The notes under the pieces are model-generated. The model did no database searches. It saw only the letters and a list, made by a program, of their open reading frames with translations, and was not told the origin of the DNA. From a virus (taxonomy: Duplodnaviria; Heunggongvirae; Uroviricota; Caudoviricetes): 64,000 bases of DNA. The stretch lies in IMG/VR virus record IMGVR_UViG_2854558644_000001. One strand, written 5' to 3'. Position 1 is the stretch's first letter. Each line of letters starts with the position of its first letter. Both the position numbers and the translations under genes were made by a program. Below are positions 1 through 9,500 of this stretch, one piece after another.

Positions 1-547
1 TAAATCATATGATGTAAGAAACTTTAATCCATTTTTGCTTTTATCTTGATATGCGTATATTGGTTGATAGAATTCGGTAAAAAGTCCTGTGTTAAATAGT
101 GCATATTCATTATTAATAATTACGTTCTTTTCAGAAGATAATTTTTTATATGTGTGAACCATATAATTTGTAAGAATTTTATTATTAGGGTATGTATCAT
201 TAGACCAATTTTCTTTATCTGCTATTTTAATTAGATCTTCTATATAATCATTCCAGTTTACATTGAAATACGCCATATATTCTGCTCCTTCTGTATTTTT
301 AAATGCTTCTGTAAGTATATCATATTTTCTTGATTCATGGAACGGGAAAATATCTGTATCATCTGGCTTGTACAATTTAAATGGATATAATTCATATTCT
401 TGTGATTCAAGTGGTATATATTCTCCTTGTAATTTCGTACATGCTTTTATATAAGCTTCTTGTGGTGTATCAGCATAAACAAAATAAATGTAATCATATG
501 GTTCATAACAATATGCTGCTGTTGTTGGTATTAAATATGTATTCATT
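1..547 (-). CDS. hypothetical protein, N-terminal part (gene continues past window start)
   Basis: minus-strand open frame from ATG (compl. 545-547) with AGGAGGG SD 6 nt upstream (compl. 554-560); >180 codons open to position 1; not in ORF track because no stop in window. Confidence 0.55.
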
Positions 548-1609
548 TGAAACCCTCCTTAGAAATGTGTTTTATACAATTTTATATTCTCTTTTTTAAA
601 TTTGTTTTAAGATAAAATTCTTTACATGGGATATAAGGCAAAAAATGTATGATTTTGAGTCTATTTTGGATTTTTATATGTCAGGTGGCTAGTTGTTAGG
701 GTAGAGGGTAAAAATTGAAATTTGAGCTGTGAGAGTGGATTTTTATATAGGCGTGAGAATTGATAATATTATTTATAGTAAATGTATGTGAATGTATATA
801 GATAGTTAATGTAATTTTGGGTGATGTAAAAAATTGACCTTGTATTTTGAGCATTTAGGTGGGTAAAAATGATTTTAGGTATTATTGGTAGGGTGGAATG
901 AAAAGACTGTGTATGGGCGTGATAGAGGGTTTAGATGAGAAATGGAATTTTTGAGTATTGCTATAGTAGGATTTTTTTATGGTTTGTATTGGATTTTTTT
1001 GGCTGTTTTTGTGATGTATATAGGTAATTTTAGATTTTTTGATGTGGTTTTTATGTAGCCCCCTTATTGTTGATTAGAGATTTATGATTTATGTAATTGA
1101 TTATAATGATGATTCTGGATTAAAAATGGTTATCGGTAAAAGTGCTTATAAATAAGGATAATTTTGGATTTGTGAGTGAATTTTTGATGAAATGAAAGTT
1201 TGATTTTTGGATTGTAAGATGGGTGAAAGTGGCTTGGTTAGTAGGTTTGAGCGATATGGGGTACGATAAGGGATTTGAGATGGGAAAATTGGGATTTTGC
1301 TTGATTTTATTGGGGATTTAATGGATTGAGAATAAGATAATTTATTTTTAATAAAAAATTTTTTGACTTGGTGTGTAAATAAACCTGCTATACCTGGTTT
1401 TACATTTCATAAGGGTTTAATCCGTTTTTGCCACCCCCATTCTCGCCATACTCAAAACCACGAAAAATAAGCATTTTTGGAAGTTTTGCACCGAAACAAG
1501 CAGAATTTTTTTGTGATAAGGTGTAGCCAAGCTGAACGGCTGACGAGCAGTTCAGTGAACAAAAAATATTTTTTTAAGTCTCTAAGATGAGACAGAAAGG
1601 TTGATAATT

Positions 1610-2038
1610 ATGAAAGAATTAAAGAATGCAGTTATCGTTAATGGAGTAGCTTATCAGATTAACGCTACAGAAGCACAGAAAATCGCTAAACTCTTAGGAC
1701 TTGGAGCAGTTGAACAGCCTAAGACAGAGACACCTAAAGACACAACACCTAAGTCAGAGCCTAAGACAGCATCTAAGAAGTCTACACGGATTGTCGGCTC
1801 TCTTGAGTGCGATGGCAAGTTCGTCCGTACAATCAAGGGTGCATTTCTGTCAAGCAAGGCTAGGTTTGCCATCAAGATGTCTGCGACCGAAGACTTTGGT
1901 GCAACTAAGCTTGGCAAGGGCAACAAGACATATGACGCACTTGCAAAGGATGACAAGTATGTGCAGATTTACGAGTTCAAGTCTGCTGAAGATGCTACAA
2001 AATTCATGGATAATCAGCAGAGCCGTATGGTTAAATAA
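1610..2038 (+). CDS. hypothetical protein (GC-richer than neighbours)
   Basis: ORF with GAAAGG SD 9 nt upstream of ATG 1610 (track ORF begins at TTG 1601); composition ~45% GC vs ~30% elsewhere. Confidence 0.55.
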   Translation: MKELKNAVIVNGVAYQINATEAQKIAKLLGLGAVEQPKTETPKDTTPKSEPKTASKKSTRIVGSLECDGKFVRTIKGAFLSSKARFAIKMSATEDFGATKLGKGNKTYDALAKDDKYVQIYEFKSAEDATKFMDNQQSRMVK

Positions 2039-3223
2039 CTCGACTAGGCGAGTATAAACCGTGTCAAGCCTAGTGCGTTACCCACTCTTTGAGTGGGTAG
2101 GTCACAAAATCTACATCATCATTTTGTGATGGGTTCTCCATCATCAACCCTATTTTTGACTTACATTTTCGTCAAGATAGGGTTCTTTTTTACTCAACCC
2201 ATAAGTCAATAAAAATACATAACATTAAACGCAATACAAATAAAACCGTGATAAGCCGTAGAGGTACGACAGTTCTTCCCAAACGGTCTATTAAAGTCAC
2301 CCAAAATTTAAAGACGCAATGCATAAAGGTTACTGTATGTGTATTCTAGTGTGATTAACCTACACACGACATCAATACACTTACACAAAATACAACCTAG
2401 TTAGGAGGTGTGCGTTAATAAGTAGGTGACGATAGACTTCAGGTTTTGTGGACAAGTAGATGTTCTGCTCTAAACTATCAGCACAACACTACAAGAATAC
2501 ATATGATTGAACGGTCAAGGGTGTGGTTTGCGAGAACCATAAACGAGGAGATGTCGTATAGGGCTGACAAGGGTGTTACGGAGCACTCCCAAGTGGCTAG
2601 GTCAGCGAATATAAACTCTATATTCGGGAAAACTTGGTGAACAGCGCATGAAAAGTGGTGGCTGGTGGCAAGTACATAATACATAGTGTGTAAACACTAT
2701 CACATAGCATCTTGGTACAAATATAGTGAGTGATTGACACAATTCACTATCATAAAAATTAACAATGATTCGATAGCTCAGTATATAGTTAGCGACTGGC
2801 GTTTCGGTAAAACGATGAAAACTTATGCTTGGTTATTTGAAAAGTTGCTAGTGGAACAATACACAAGAATTAGTGGTAACACTAATGTTGAATGTATCTA
2901 TCTACATTCGTGTATGAGGTATGAGCAGTACAATCCCTGCCTATAAATCCTACTGTCTAGTGTAACTAGGTTGATAGTATATTCTGTAATCAGTTCGAGA
3001 ATAATGTCACTGATAAAACCGTATGTCTTGCAATCGGTTTGTATAAAACAGTGTAAGGTATTCGTAACAGTTGGAGCGAATTAAAATAATAAACTGTTGA
3101 CTGCATAAGGGTTAGTCACCTGATGATAAGTAATAAGTGAATATACCATTTAATGTTTGAGGTCTACCTAATAGGAAATAAGTGAATATATAACAGAGGA
3201 TGTGAGGGCTACTTATCTTATTT

Positions 3224-3297
3224 GTGCTTATATGTGGTGAATAATATAATGCTAACAACATTATACTTATCAGTAGGTTCGATTCCTACAAGCACAT
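3224..3297 (+). tRNA. tRNA-like element (degenerate D-arm), anticodon loop cuAACaa
   Basis: 74 nt: 7-bp acceptor TGTGCTT/AAGCACA, perfect T-arm GTAGG-TTCGATT-CCTAC, 5-7 bp anticodon stem TAATG/CATTA with loop CTAACAA; D-stem only 2-4 bp. Confidence 0.3.
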
Positions 3298-3348
3298 TGA
3301 CATTTAATGTCGAAAATAAAATATAAATTATATAGGAGGGTTAATACT

Positions 3349-3564
3349 ATGAACAAAGAAGAACTTAAAAGGCAGTATTCAGTAAATGCCGAAAAGGTGG
3401 CATGGAAAGAATGTGAAAACGAAGGCTATAAATGGAAAACATCAAAAGTAAACAAAGATGGATTCTATATCAATGAAGAGAAAGGGAAATATACTGTTGT
3501 AGACAGTAAAACCAATAGTCGAACAAGATTCAGACATAATCTTGCAGACTTAGAAGAATTATAA
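3349..3564 (+). CDS. hypothetical protein
   Basis: ORF; AGGAGGG SD 8 nt upstream of ATG 3349. Confidence 0.5.
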   Translation: MNKEELKRQYSVNAEKVAWKECENEGYKWKTSKVNKDGFYINEEKGKYTVVDSKTNSRTRFRHNLADLEEL

Positions 3565-3574
3565 TATTCAAGAA

Positions 3575-3610
3575 AGCACCCAAAGCAAAACGCAAAGGGT
3601 GCTATTTTTA
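3575..3610 (+). terminator. rho-independent terminator
   Basis: 7-bp stem AGCACCC/GGGTGCT, 15-nt loop, followed by ATTTTTA. Confidence 0.5.
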
Positions 3611-3648
3611 TACCCAAAAAGCATATCATAAGAAAGGAAACTAAAGTA

Positions 3649-3984
3649 ATGCGAAAAGAAATCAAATTTACACATCAGGAAAAGAGAAAACTGCTCATGG
3701 CAACCTTAACAGTAACACTCTCAATTTCTGCCTTATTTATAGGTAGAGCAGTTCAAAAGGTAACTTACAACAATCACACATACCCACTATCAACAGTGAT
3801 TGAGTGTGTAAACGGAAATGAAATAACAGCCAAGGATTTCAACGGAAACCTTTGGACATTCACAGATAACACAGAAGATTGGCTCAAGGGAGATATCTGT
3901 TCATTAATAATGCACGACAATTATACAGATATCATCTATGACGACACAATTATCAAAGCTCAATATTCAGGTTTTGTAAGATAA
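3649..3984 (+). CDS. hypothetical protein with N-terminal TM helix
   Basis: ORF+SD (AGAAAGGAAA). Confidence 0.55.
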   Translation: MRKEIKFTHQEKRKLLMATLTVTLSISALFIGRAVQKVTYNNHTYPLSTVIECVNGNEITAKDFNGNLWTFTDNTEDWLKGDICSLIMHDNYTDIIYDDTIIKAQYSGFVR

Positions 3985-4002
3985 AGAAGGGAGAATATAA
4001 CT

Positions 4003-4158
4003 ATGTCAAAAGAAACCTACAATTACAAGAGAACGGCAATCACAACAGCAAGAGATTTATGTTATTCGGATGAAGTAATAATACAGATTCATAATGCAAA
4101 AACGGAAAATGAAATATCACGGATAATGCGTGATGCAAGATTAGCACAGGAGGTATAA
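4003..4158 (+). CDS. small hypothetical protein (51 aa)
   Basis: ORF+SD AAGGGAGAA; below 60-aa track cutoff. Confidence 0.4.
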   Translation: MSKETYNYKRTAITTARDLCYSDEVIIQIHNAKTENEISRIMRDARLAQEV

Positions 4159-4163
4159 AGGAA

Positions 4164-4397
4164 ATGGAAATGTTTAATTTTAGAATCATTAAATGTGCAA
4201 ATGGAGCAGAAATTATAGACAATACGCTGTCAACTCCATACAATTCATTAACTCCAATACAGATGGTGGATTATATCAATGTCGAGGATTCATTGTTTGC
4301 AATGGAAAGGAAAGCAAAGGTAAATGCTAAAAAGGCAAATACAGATAATACTATATTACATAGAATCAAGTCAGTATTAAGAAGGGCGTTAGCATGA
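4164..4397 (+). CDS. hypothetical protein
   Basis: ORF+SD AGGAGG. Confidence 0.5.
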   Translation: MEMFNFRIIKCANGAEIIDNTLSTPYNSLTPIQMVDYINVEDSLFAMERKAKVNAKKANTDNTILHRIKSVLRRALA

Positions 4398-4522
4398 TTA
4401 ATATAAAGGGATTTTATAACGGATTCGCATACATGGGTTATATTCCATCACTATGCAAATATCAGCAGTTTGAAAGCGAAGTTGAATACAGAAATTATCT
4501 AAAAGAAAGAGGTGAAGTGTAA
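4394..4522 (+). CDS. small hypothetical protein (42 aa)
   Basis: ATGA overlap with upstream stop; small ORF fills gap. Confidence 0.3.
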   Translation: MINIKGFYNGFAYMGYIPSLCKYQQFESEVEYRNYLKERGEV

Positions 4523-4683
4523 TGTATATCACATATGAAGAACCACTTAAATGCAAAACATTTACAGAAAAGCAAATGCATGAAGTCTACAGAAATATGG
4601 TAGACAAAACAGAATATCCAGATTTTGAGTGTTGGAAAACAGATATGCTCAAGTCAGGAGTGTTTGAAAAGTCTAGTAACTAA
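4522..4683 (+). CDS. small hypothetical protein (53 aa)
   Basis: ORF+SD AGAGGTGAAG; TAATG overlap. Confidence 0.4.
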   Translation: MYITYEEPLKCKTFTEKQMHEVYRNMVDKTEYPDFECWKTDMLKSGVFEKSSN

Positions 4684-4760
4684 ACGGCAAGCGAAAGCGA
4701 GCCGTTATTTTTTACTTAAAATACATATCAAAAATATTAAAAGAAAAGAGGTAGTTAATT

Positions 4761-5693
4761 ATGTGCAAAATGTTTGAAGTAGTAACAGGAAGAAAGTCAA
4801 AGGGAAGTGTTGACAAGTTAGAAGGTCTTACAAAGGCATACACTGATATACATGAAGACATTGCAATTATTAGAATACCTGTTGAGTTAATGGAAGTTGA
4901 TTCACGGTATCAGACAGACGAAAGAACGGAAAGGGATTTAAAATATCTAACTAATAATTGGGATGAAAGAAAGCTCATGCCTTTACTTGGTGTACCACAT
5001 TGGGAAGAAGGCAAAGTGTATATAGTTGATGGTTATGGAAGATGGATTGCAAGTCAGATTGTAGATAAGGATAAATATAAGGATTTAAAGGTGCAACTAA
5101 TTTTAAATGCACCAACGGAAGATTCTGAAAGAGTTGCATTTGAAGCTGAATTATATGCATTTCAGGGTGTATCAGTTAGAAAGGTAACGCCAATTCAGAA
5201 GCATGGTGCAATGCTTGTATTACATGATCCAGCAACGGAAACACTTGAAAAAATGAAAAATATCTATGGCTTTGAGTATAGAGAAAATGCAGGTAATAGA
5301 GGAAGTGGAGTTCTTGGTTCATATACAGAAGCATTGAGTCTCTGTTCAATCGACAATGGAGCTTGTGCAGAATATGTATATGACATAATAAGAGATTCTG
5401 GATTTGATAGAAAACATAGCGGATATGTAAGTTATATAACTCGTGCATTAAGAGATATGTATAAGTTATATGCACAGGATAGAAGCGAAACAAAGAGTTT
5501 TTTATCAAATGAGTTTAGAAAAATTACACCAGAAAATTTAAAGGCAAATGCTTGTGCAAAATATCCTATTTTAGATTTTAGAACAGCGGTATCTCTTTAT
5601 GTTGAGGATATGATTGTAGAAGGACTTGGACTTGAACAGTCAAGAGTGATTGAAGGTACAAAGGTTATATTTATCAAGAAGAGAACAGCATAA
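4761..5693 (+). CDS. ParB-like nuclease (ParB N-terminal domain) protein
   Basis: ParB/Srx-type motif IVDGYGRWIASQ; ORF+SD. Confidence 0.6.
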   Translation: MCKMFEVVTGRKSKGSVDKLEGLTKAYTDIHEDIAIIRIPVELMEVDSRYQTDERTERDLKYLTNNWDERKLMPLLGVPHWEEGKVYIVDGYGRWIASQIVDKDKYKDLKVQLILNAPTEDSERVAFEAELYAFQGVSVRKVTPIQKHGAMLVLHDPATETLEKMKNIYGFEYRENAGNRGSGVLGSYTEALSLCSIDNGACAEYVYDIIRDSGFDRKHSGYVSYITRALRDMYKLYAQDRSETKSFLSNEFRKITPENLKANACAKYPILDFRTAVSLYVEDMIVEGLGLEQSRVIEGTKVIFIKKRTA

Positions 5694-5758
5694 GAGAGAA
5701 CATATACATATAAAGCTGCACTATCAGGCTATACGGGTAACAGAAAGGAGTGAGATTT

Positions 5759-5956
5759 ATGCACAATTTTAGAAAGTCAAAGCGAATGCGTGACTTTGAT
5801 ATGATATTACGGAAGAACGGTTATACGCCGACAAGGTGCAAGGGAAGTCATTTCGTATATATCAACAGAAATACGCATAGGATAATGCCTGTTAATAAAG
5901 ATTTAAACGACATGGTAAGACAGAGATTAATTAAAGAGTATAACTTGGAGGTGTGA
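5759..5956 (+). CDS. hicA: HicA-family mRNA interferase toxin-like protein
   Basis: KGSHFVY...P...DL motif typical of HicA/YcfA; AAAGGAG SD 8 nt upstream of ATG 5759 (track started at GTG 5750). Confidence 0.6.
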   Translation: MHNFRKSKRMRDFDMILRKNGYTPTRCKGSHFVYINRNTHRIMPVNKDLNDMVRQRLIKEYNLEV

Positions 5957-5957
5957 T

Positions 5958-6434
5958 ATGAAAGAAAATCATAGAGAAATATTAGTGGTATCAAACACAA
6001 AAGGCAAAAAGTTCTCTCTTATTGAAACAAGTGATAATTATATTGTTGCTTGCGGTTATGATTCATCCCAAAGATGGGGTAGACAGTGGGAATATGGTGT
6101 GTATTACATGTTTTCAAACGACAAAGAGAAATTAGTTGCACTTAATAAAGCAACTGAAAAGCTGTTTGAAAAAGTAAATAAGAATTATATTTCACGGACA
6201 AGATTGGAAGAACTTGCAACACTTTTTAAAGATGGACTTATTTCTGATGATAGAGAAAATGCGTTTGAATTTTTCGAAAATTGTTGTGAGATGACAGATA
6301 AAGAGAAAGAGTGGTTCGGTATTGAAGAAGATAGTCCAATAGCAAACACAAAGTTCGAGAATCCTATGTACAATAAGGGATATGATGATGGGTTCTCTGA
6401 TGGTGCAAACAGCATAGAAAGTGAGAAAGAATGA
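5958..6434 (+). CDS. hypothetical protein (possible HicA partner)
   Basis: ORF+SD GGAGGTG; ATGA-coupled to hicA-like gene. Confidence 0.5.
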   Translation: MKENHREILVVSNTKGKKFSLIETSDNYIVACGYDSSQRWGRQWEYGVYYMFSNDKEKLVALNKATEKLFEKVNKNYISRTRLEELATLFKDGLISDDRENAFEFFENCCEMTDKEKEWFGIEEDSPIANTKFENPMYNKGYDDGFSDGANSIESEKE

Positions 6435-6446
6435 AGGAGAATGATT

Positions 6447-6959
6447 ATGAAATATAATTTAGAATTTAGCGGAAAAGATTGCAATGATGAAAAATATACT
6501 ATGTTAGGAACAGTGGAAATAAGTGAAAGCAAGTGTTTTCAGTATGGAAATGGCAAGATAATAAAATTCAATGTTACTGAAAAAGAGAAGGGATATTCAA
6601 ACACTAATTCATATGATATTAGATACGACACAAGATATAAAAATGATAAGGAAATAGAATACATAAGGAAGTTCATAAAAGATAATTTTTCACAGGTTGT
6701 TGAAACTTCGATTGTTATTTATAAGATAAATGAAAATATGGATATGTCAACATTTATCAAAGTAGGAAACAGAAGAGAAGCCTATAAAGATTATTGTGAG
6801 TTTGAGAGTGACTTTGATGATAACTGTAGAACGGAGTTATCTTATGAAGAGTTTTGTAAGGAACTTAATAAAGGTTATGGAAATTCAGATTGTATACAAA
6901 TTGCTAGATTATATGAAGATACGAAAGGAGTTGTTTGGTATGACAATGAATATATATAA
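6447..6959 (+). CDS. hypothetical protein
   Basis: ORF; SD AAGGAGA, second ATG has proper spacing. Confidence 0.5.
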   Translation: MKYNLEFSGKDCNDEKYTMLGTVEISESKCFQYGNGKIIKFNVTEKEKGYSNTNSYDIRYDTRYKNDKEIEYIRKFIKDNFSQVVETSIVIYKINENMDMSTFIKVGNRREAYKDYCEFESDFDDNCRTELSYEEFCKELNKGYGNSDCIQIARLYEDTKGVVWYDNEYI

Positions 6960-6987
6960 AAACATAGGAAAGATTGGAGAAAATAAA

Positions 6988-7188
6988 ATGAAATATGATG
7001 ATTTCACGAGCGGAGAATATGTGAAAAAAGAAGATGTAATGACATATTTAAGAGTGTTTGATTGGACTATGCCAAGAGAAGAATTAATTGAGAAATTTAA
7101 AGGCATTTCATCTATTACTCTTAACGACCAGGACATAAACAAAGTAAAAATAAATAAAGTGTTAAATGGTGAATGGAACAATGATTAA
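6988..7188 (+). CDS. hypothetical protein
   Basis: ORF+SD GGAG; upstream part of track ORF 6796 overlaps previous gene. Confidence 0.45.
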   Translation: MKYDDFTSGEYVKKEDVMTYLRVFDWTMPREELIEKFKGISSITLNDQDINKVKINKVLNGEWNND

Positions 7189-7229
7189 TTAGAAATGGAT
7201 ATTTCATAGTGAAAGGTAGGTAAAAAAGA

Positions 7230-7580
7230 ATGGATAAATTAAGAGTATGGTGGATTCCACAAGCAGGTGCAACAGAGAATTCATTTTATGTTCCTGTAGA
7301 AACAGTTGAAGAAGGCAAAAAAGTAATGGATATGTTAGCAGCATATGATGCATATCAAAGACAGAATAGAATTAAGCCTGATTATTGTAATTGCGGTGGA
7401 ATTCAGAGATGGGATGAAGACTCTCAGGACTGGGAAGATTGGCATATGGAAACAGAAGATGGCTACTTTGATGATGTGGATGATTATTGTGAGCAGTGTG
7501 AAAAGGCAGATAAACTTGAAGAGTTTAGAAATGAATTGTTTAAACAGATTGATTGGGAAAAGATAATGGAAATGTCTTAA
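7230..7580 (+). CDS. hypothetical Cys-rich protein
   Basis: ORF+SD. Confidence 0.55.
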   Translation: MDKLRVWWIPQAGATENSFYVPVETVEEGKKVMDMLAAYDAYQRQNRIKPDYCNCGGIQRWDEDSQDWEDWHMETEDGYFDDVDDYCEQCEKADKLEEFRNELFKQIDWEKIMEMS

Positions 7581-7613
7581 TAAATGCATGTTTTTTGGAT
7601 TGGAGGTATTTAT

Positions 7614-7862
7614 ATGAAAACATATTTTGATAAAAAAACAGATGAAATAAAAAGTTATTGGTATAAGAGATGTGAAAAACTTCTTAAAAAGTGCGAGAAG
7701 TTAGAAAGTGAAGCAGACAAACTTAATGAAAAGGCAGAAGAGCATCTTTCTAATGGCAATGAGTTAGAATGGGAAGAAGCCATAAAAGAAGCCATTGAAA
7801 AAGAGAACTATGCTTTAGGTATTAAAGAAGCGTTAAAAGAACTTGGATTCTTTTTAGAGTAA
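7614..7862 (+). CDS. hypothetical protein
   Basis: ORF+SD GGAGG. Confidence 0.5.
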   Translation: MKTYFDKKTDEIKSYWYKRCEKLLKKCEKLESEADKLNEKAEEHLSNGNELEWEEAIKEAIEKENYALGIKEALKELGFFLE

Positions 7863-7900
7863 ATGCGTGTTTTCTTGGATTAGAAAGGAAGGTAAGAAGA

Positions 7901-8215
7901 ATGAAATTAGTACAAGAAATTAAAAGGAATGAGTTATTAGGAAGTAGTTGGGGAATCTACGAATTAAACACCAACGAGAAAAAGAAATACGGAAATAATT
8001 ACGCATTGTCTCAGGGTGTGTTTTCTGAATATGCAATAAAAGAATTTGGTGCAGATGAACTGTTATCTAATCTTAAAGACTTTGCTTATGAAGGCTTTTT
8101 TGAAACACAAAAAGAAGCATATATGCAGGTAAAGTTAGTGGAAATGAAGAGTAAGATTGAAAGAATGGAACTTACCATGAAGGACGTATTGAAATTACAA
8201 ACACCAGAATGGTAA
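7901..8215 (+). CDS. hypothetical protein
   Basis: ORF+SD AAAGGAAGG. Confidence 0.55.
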   Translation: MKLVQEIKRNELLGSSWGIYELNTNEKKKYGNNYALSQGVFSEYAIKEFGADELLSNLKDFAYEGFFETQKEAYMQVKLVEMKSKIERMELTMKDVLKLQTPEW

Positions 8216-8253
8216 CAAAAATGTGTATTTTATTAGAGTTGGAGAAATAGAAA

Positions 8254-8403
8254 ATGAATAGAATTGATGAAATTATTTATAAAGAGACACAGAAGGCAGC
8301 TTATGAGGAACAGTGTGAACAGGGATTTGTTCATCAGGAACAGCCAAACGAAGATTATTTTGAAGGCTTAAATGATTATTTGGATGGAACAATGAGTATT
8401 TGA
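8254..8403 (+). CDS. small hypothetical protein (49 aa)
   Basis: ORF+SD GGAGAAA. Confidence 0.4.
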   Translation: MNRIDEIIYKETQKAAYEEQCEQGFVHQEQPNEDYFEGLNDYLDGTMSI

Positions 8404-8437
8404 AATTCGCATTTCTTTAAAAGATTGGAGGAAATAT

Positions 8438-8743
8438 ATGTTTGAATATAATGGATATCATTTTGAGTCAGTAAGAAAACTAAAAGAATCAGAAAAGAAG
8501 GATATATGCACATTCTCTAAACATATCAGAAGCGATAGAGAACTTGGGATATGTGATTATGATGTTGATTGGAAAAAACATGATTATAGTTGGAAAGATT
8601 TTTATTCAGCAAGTAATGACAGTCAATTAGACATATTCTTATGCAAAGAAAATGGAAAATTATATGTTCCTTGTGAACATGAATTATTTCAGTTTGAAGA
8701 AAAAGAACATAAACTACCTACTGCAAAGAAAATAAAGCGTTGA
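8438..8743 (+). CDS. hypothetical protein
   Basis: ORF+SD GGAGG. Confidence 0.55.
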   Translation: MFEYNGYHFESVRKLKESEKKDICTFSKHIRSDRELGICDYDVDWKKHDYSWKDFYSASNDSQLDIFLCKENGKLYVPCEHELFQFEEKEHKLPTAKKIKR

Positions 8744-8775
8744 AACTAACATTTACAAAGATTGGAGTAATTAAA

Positions 8776-9027
8776 ATGATAACAGAAAATGTACGGAAAC
8801 AGTTAGCAGATTATAGAAAGCATGGTAAAAAGTTAAAATATCTCATCAATTATCTTATGGGATTAATTGATGATGAGGATGATTTTGAAAATATCATCAT
8901 AAGGGAAATGAAAGCACTTGCATTTAATGAAGATGAAATTGTTGAATGTTTGGAGTATCATTTTGGGTTTGACATGAGTTGGCATCCAATGAGTGTGAAT
9001 TATAGAAAGGATGAGAATAATGGCTAA
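8776..9027 (+). CDS. hypothetical protein
   Basis: ORF+SD TGGAG. Confidence 0.5.
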   Translation: MITENVRKQLADYRKHGKKLKYLINYLMGLIDDEDDFENIIIREMKALAFNEDEIVECLEYHFGFDMSWHPMSVNYRKDENNG

Positions 9028-9163
9028 AGGAAAACCACGGTGGAAAGACTTACCATTTTATGAACGCTTTGCAAAACAGTTAAAACAGCATGGCGTTTCG
9101 GATGAAATGTGTGAGCATATTAGAGAAAGAGGAAAGAAAAAGGAAGAACAGAATAACAAGTAA
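9020..9163 (+). CDS. small basic protein (47 aa)
   Basis: ORF overlapping upstream stop; followed by terminator. Confidence 0.4.
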   Translation: MAKGKPRWKDLPFYERFAKQLKQHGVSDEMCEHIRERGKKKEEQNNK

Positions 9164-9170
9164 CCGCAAA

Positions 9171-9209
9171 GGCAGTTAGGAGAATAAATACCTAGCTGCC
9201 TATTTTATT
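9171..9209 (+). terminator. rho-independent terminator
   Basis: GGCAGTTAGG...CCTAGCTGCC 9/10 stem then TATTTTATT. Confidence 0.55.
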
Positions 9210-9226
9210 ACAAGGAGGAATACAGA

Positions 9227-9499
9227 ATGTTGAAGGTAAATGACAAAGTAAAAGTGCACATGTATGACACATGTAACAGAGAGATTAAGACACGGAACTA
9301 TGGAACTATATTTACAGTTCATGAAGATAATGGAAAGCTTGGTATTGATTGGAATACAGAGAAGTCACCGACAACTTGCAACGGAGAAGTGTTCACACCA
9401 TTTGAAACATTTTCATATTCAGTAATCTTTGAGAATGTGGAGAATGGAAAGAAGTACCATTGGAGTAACGCAAAAAACGGAATTGTAGAGGAGGTTTAA
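9227..9499 (+). CDS. hypothetical protein
   Basis: ORF+SD AAGGAGG. Confidence 0.55.
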   Translation: MLKVNDKVKVHMYDTCNREIKTRNYGTIFTVHEDNGKLGIDWNTEKSPTTCNGEVFTPFETFSYSVIFENVENGKKYHWSNAKNGIVEEV

Positions 9500-9500
9500 T

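Noticed and set aside
1364-1393. Possible promoter TTGACT-N18-CTATAC upstream of gene 1610
   Set aside because: -10 element is poor; kept only as a note.
1531-1556. 14/15-nt identity (GGCTGACGARCAGTT) between hairpins at 1538 and 37128
   Set aside because: A single 14/15 match is within chance expectation for a 64-kb window on both strands; treated as coincidence unless the full genome shows more copies.
1654-1956. Minus-strand ORFs of 60-115 aa overlapping + strand genes (1654..1956, 5176..5508, 6185..6532, 14388..14735, 17255..17575, 36383..36634, 41011..41313 and others in the track)
   Set aside because: All lie antisense to + strand genes that have SD sites and are tightly coupled; none has a convincing SD; long antisense ORFs are expected in AT-rich sequence with AT-rich stop codons depleted on the coding complement.
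2771-2800. GATAGCTCAGT, resembling a tRNA D-arm
   Set aside because: No matching acceptor stem, anticodon arm or T-arm within tRNA distance; the TTCGATTCC T-loop at 3278 belongs to the separate 3224..3297 element about 450 nt away.
2734-2946. 70-aa + strand ORF inside the structured non-coding segment
   Set aside because: No SD, atypical composition, embedded in hairpin-rich region; more likely non-coding.
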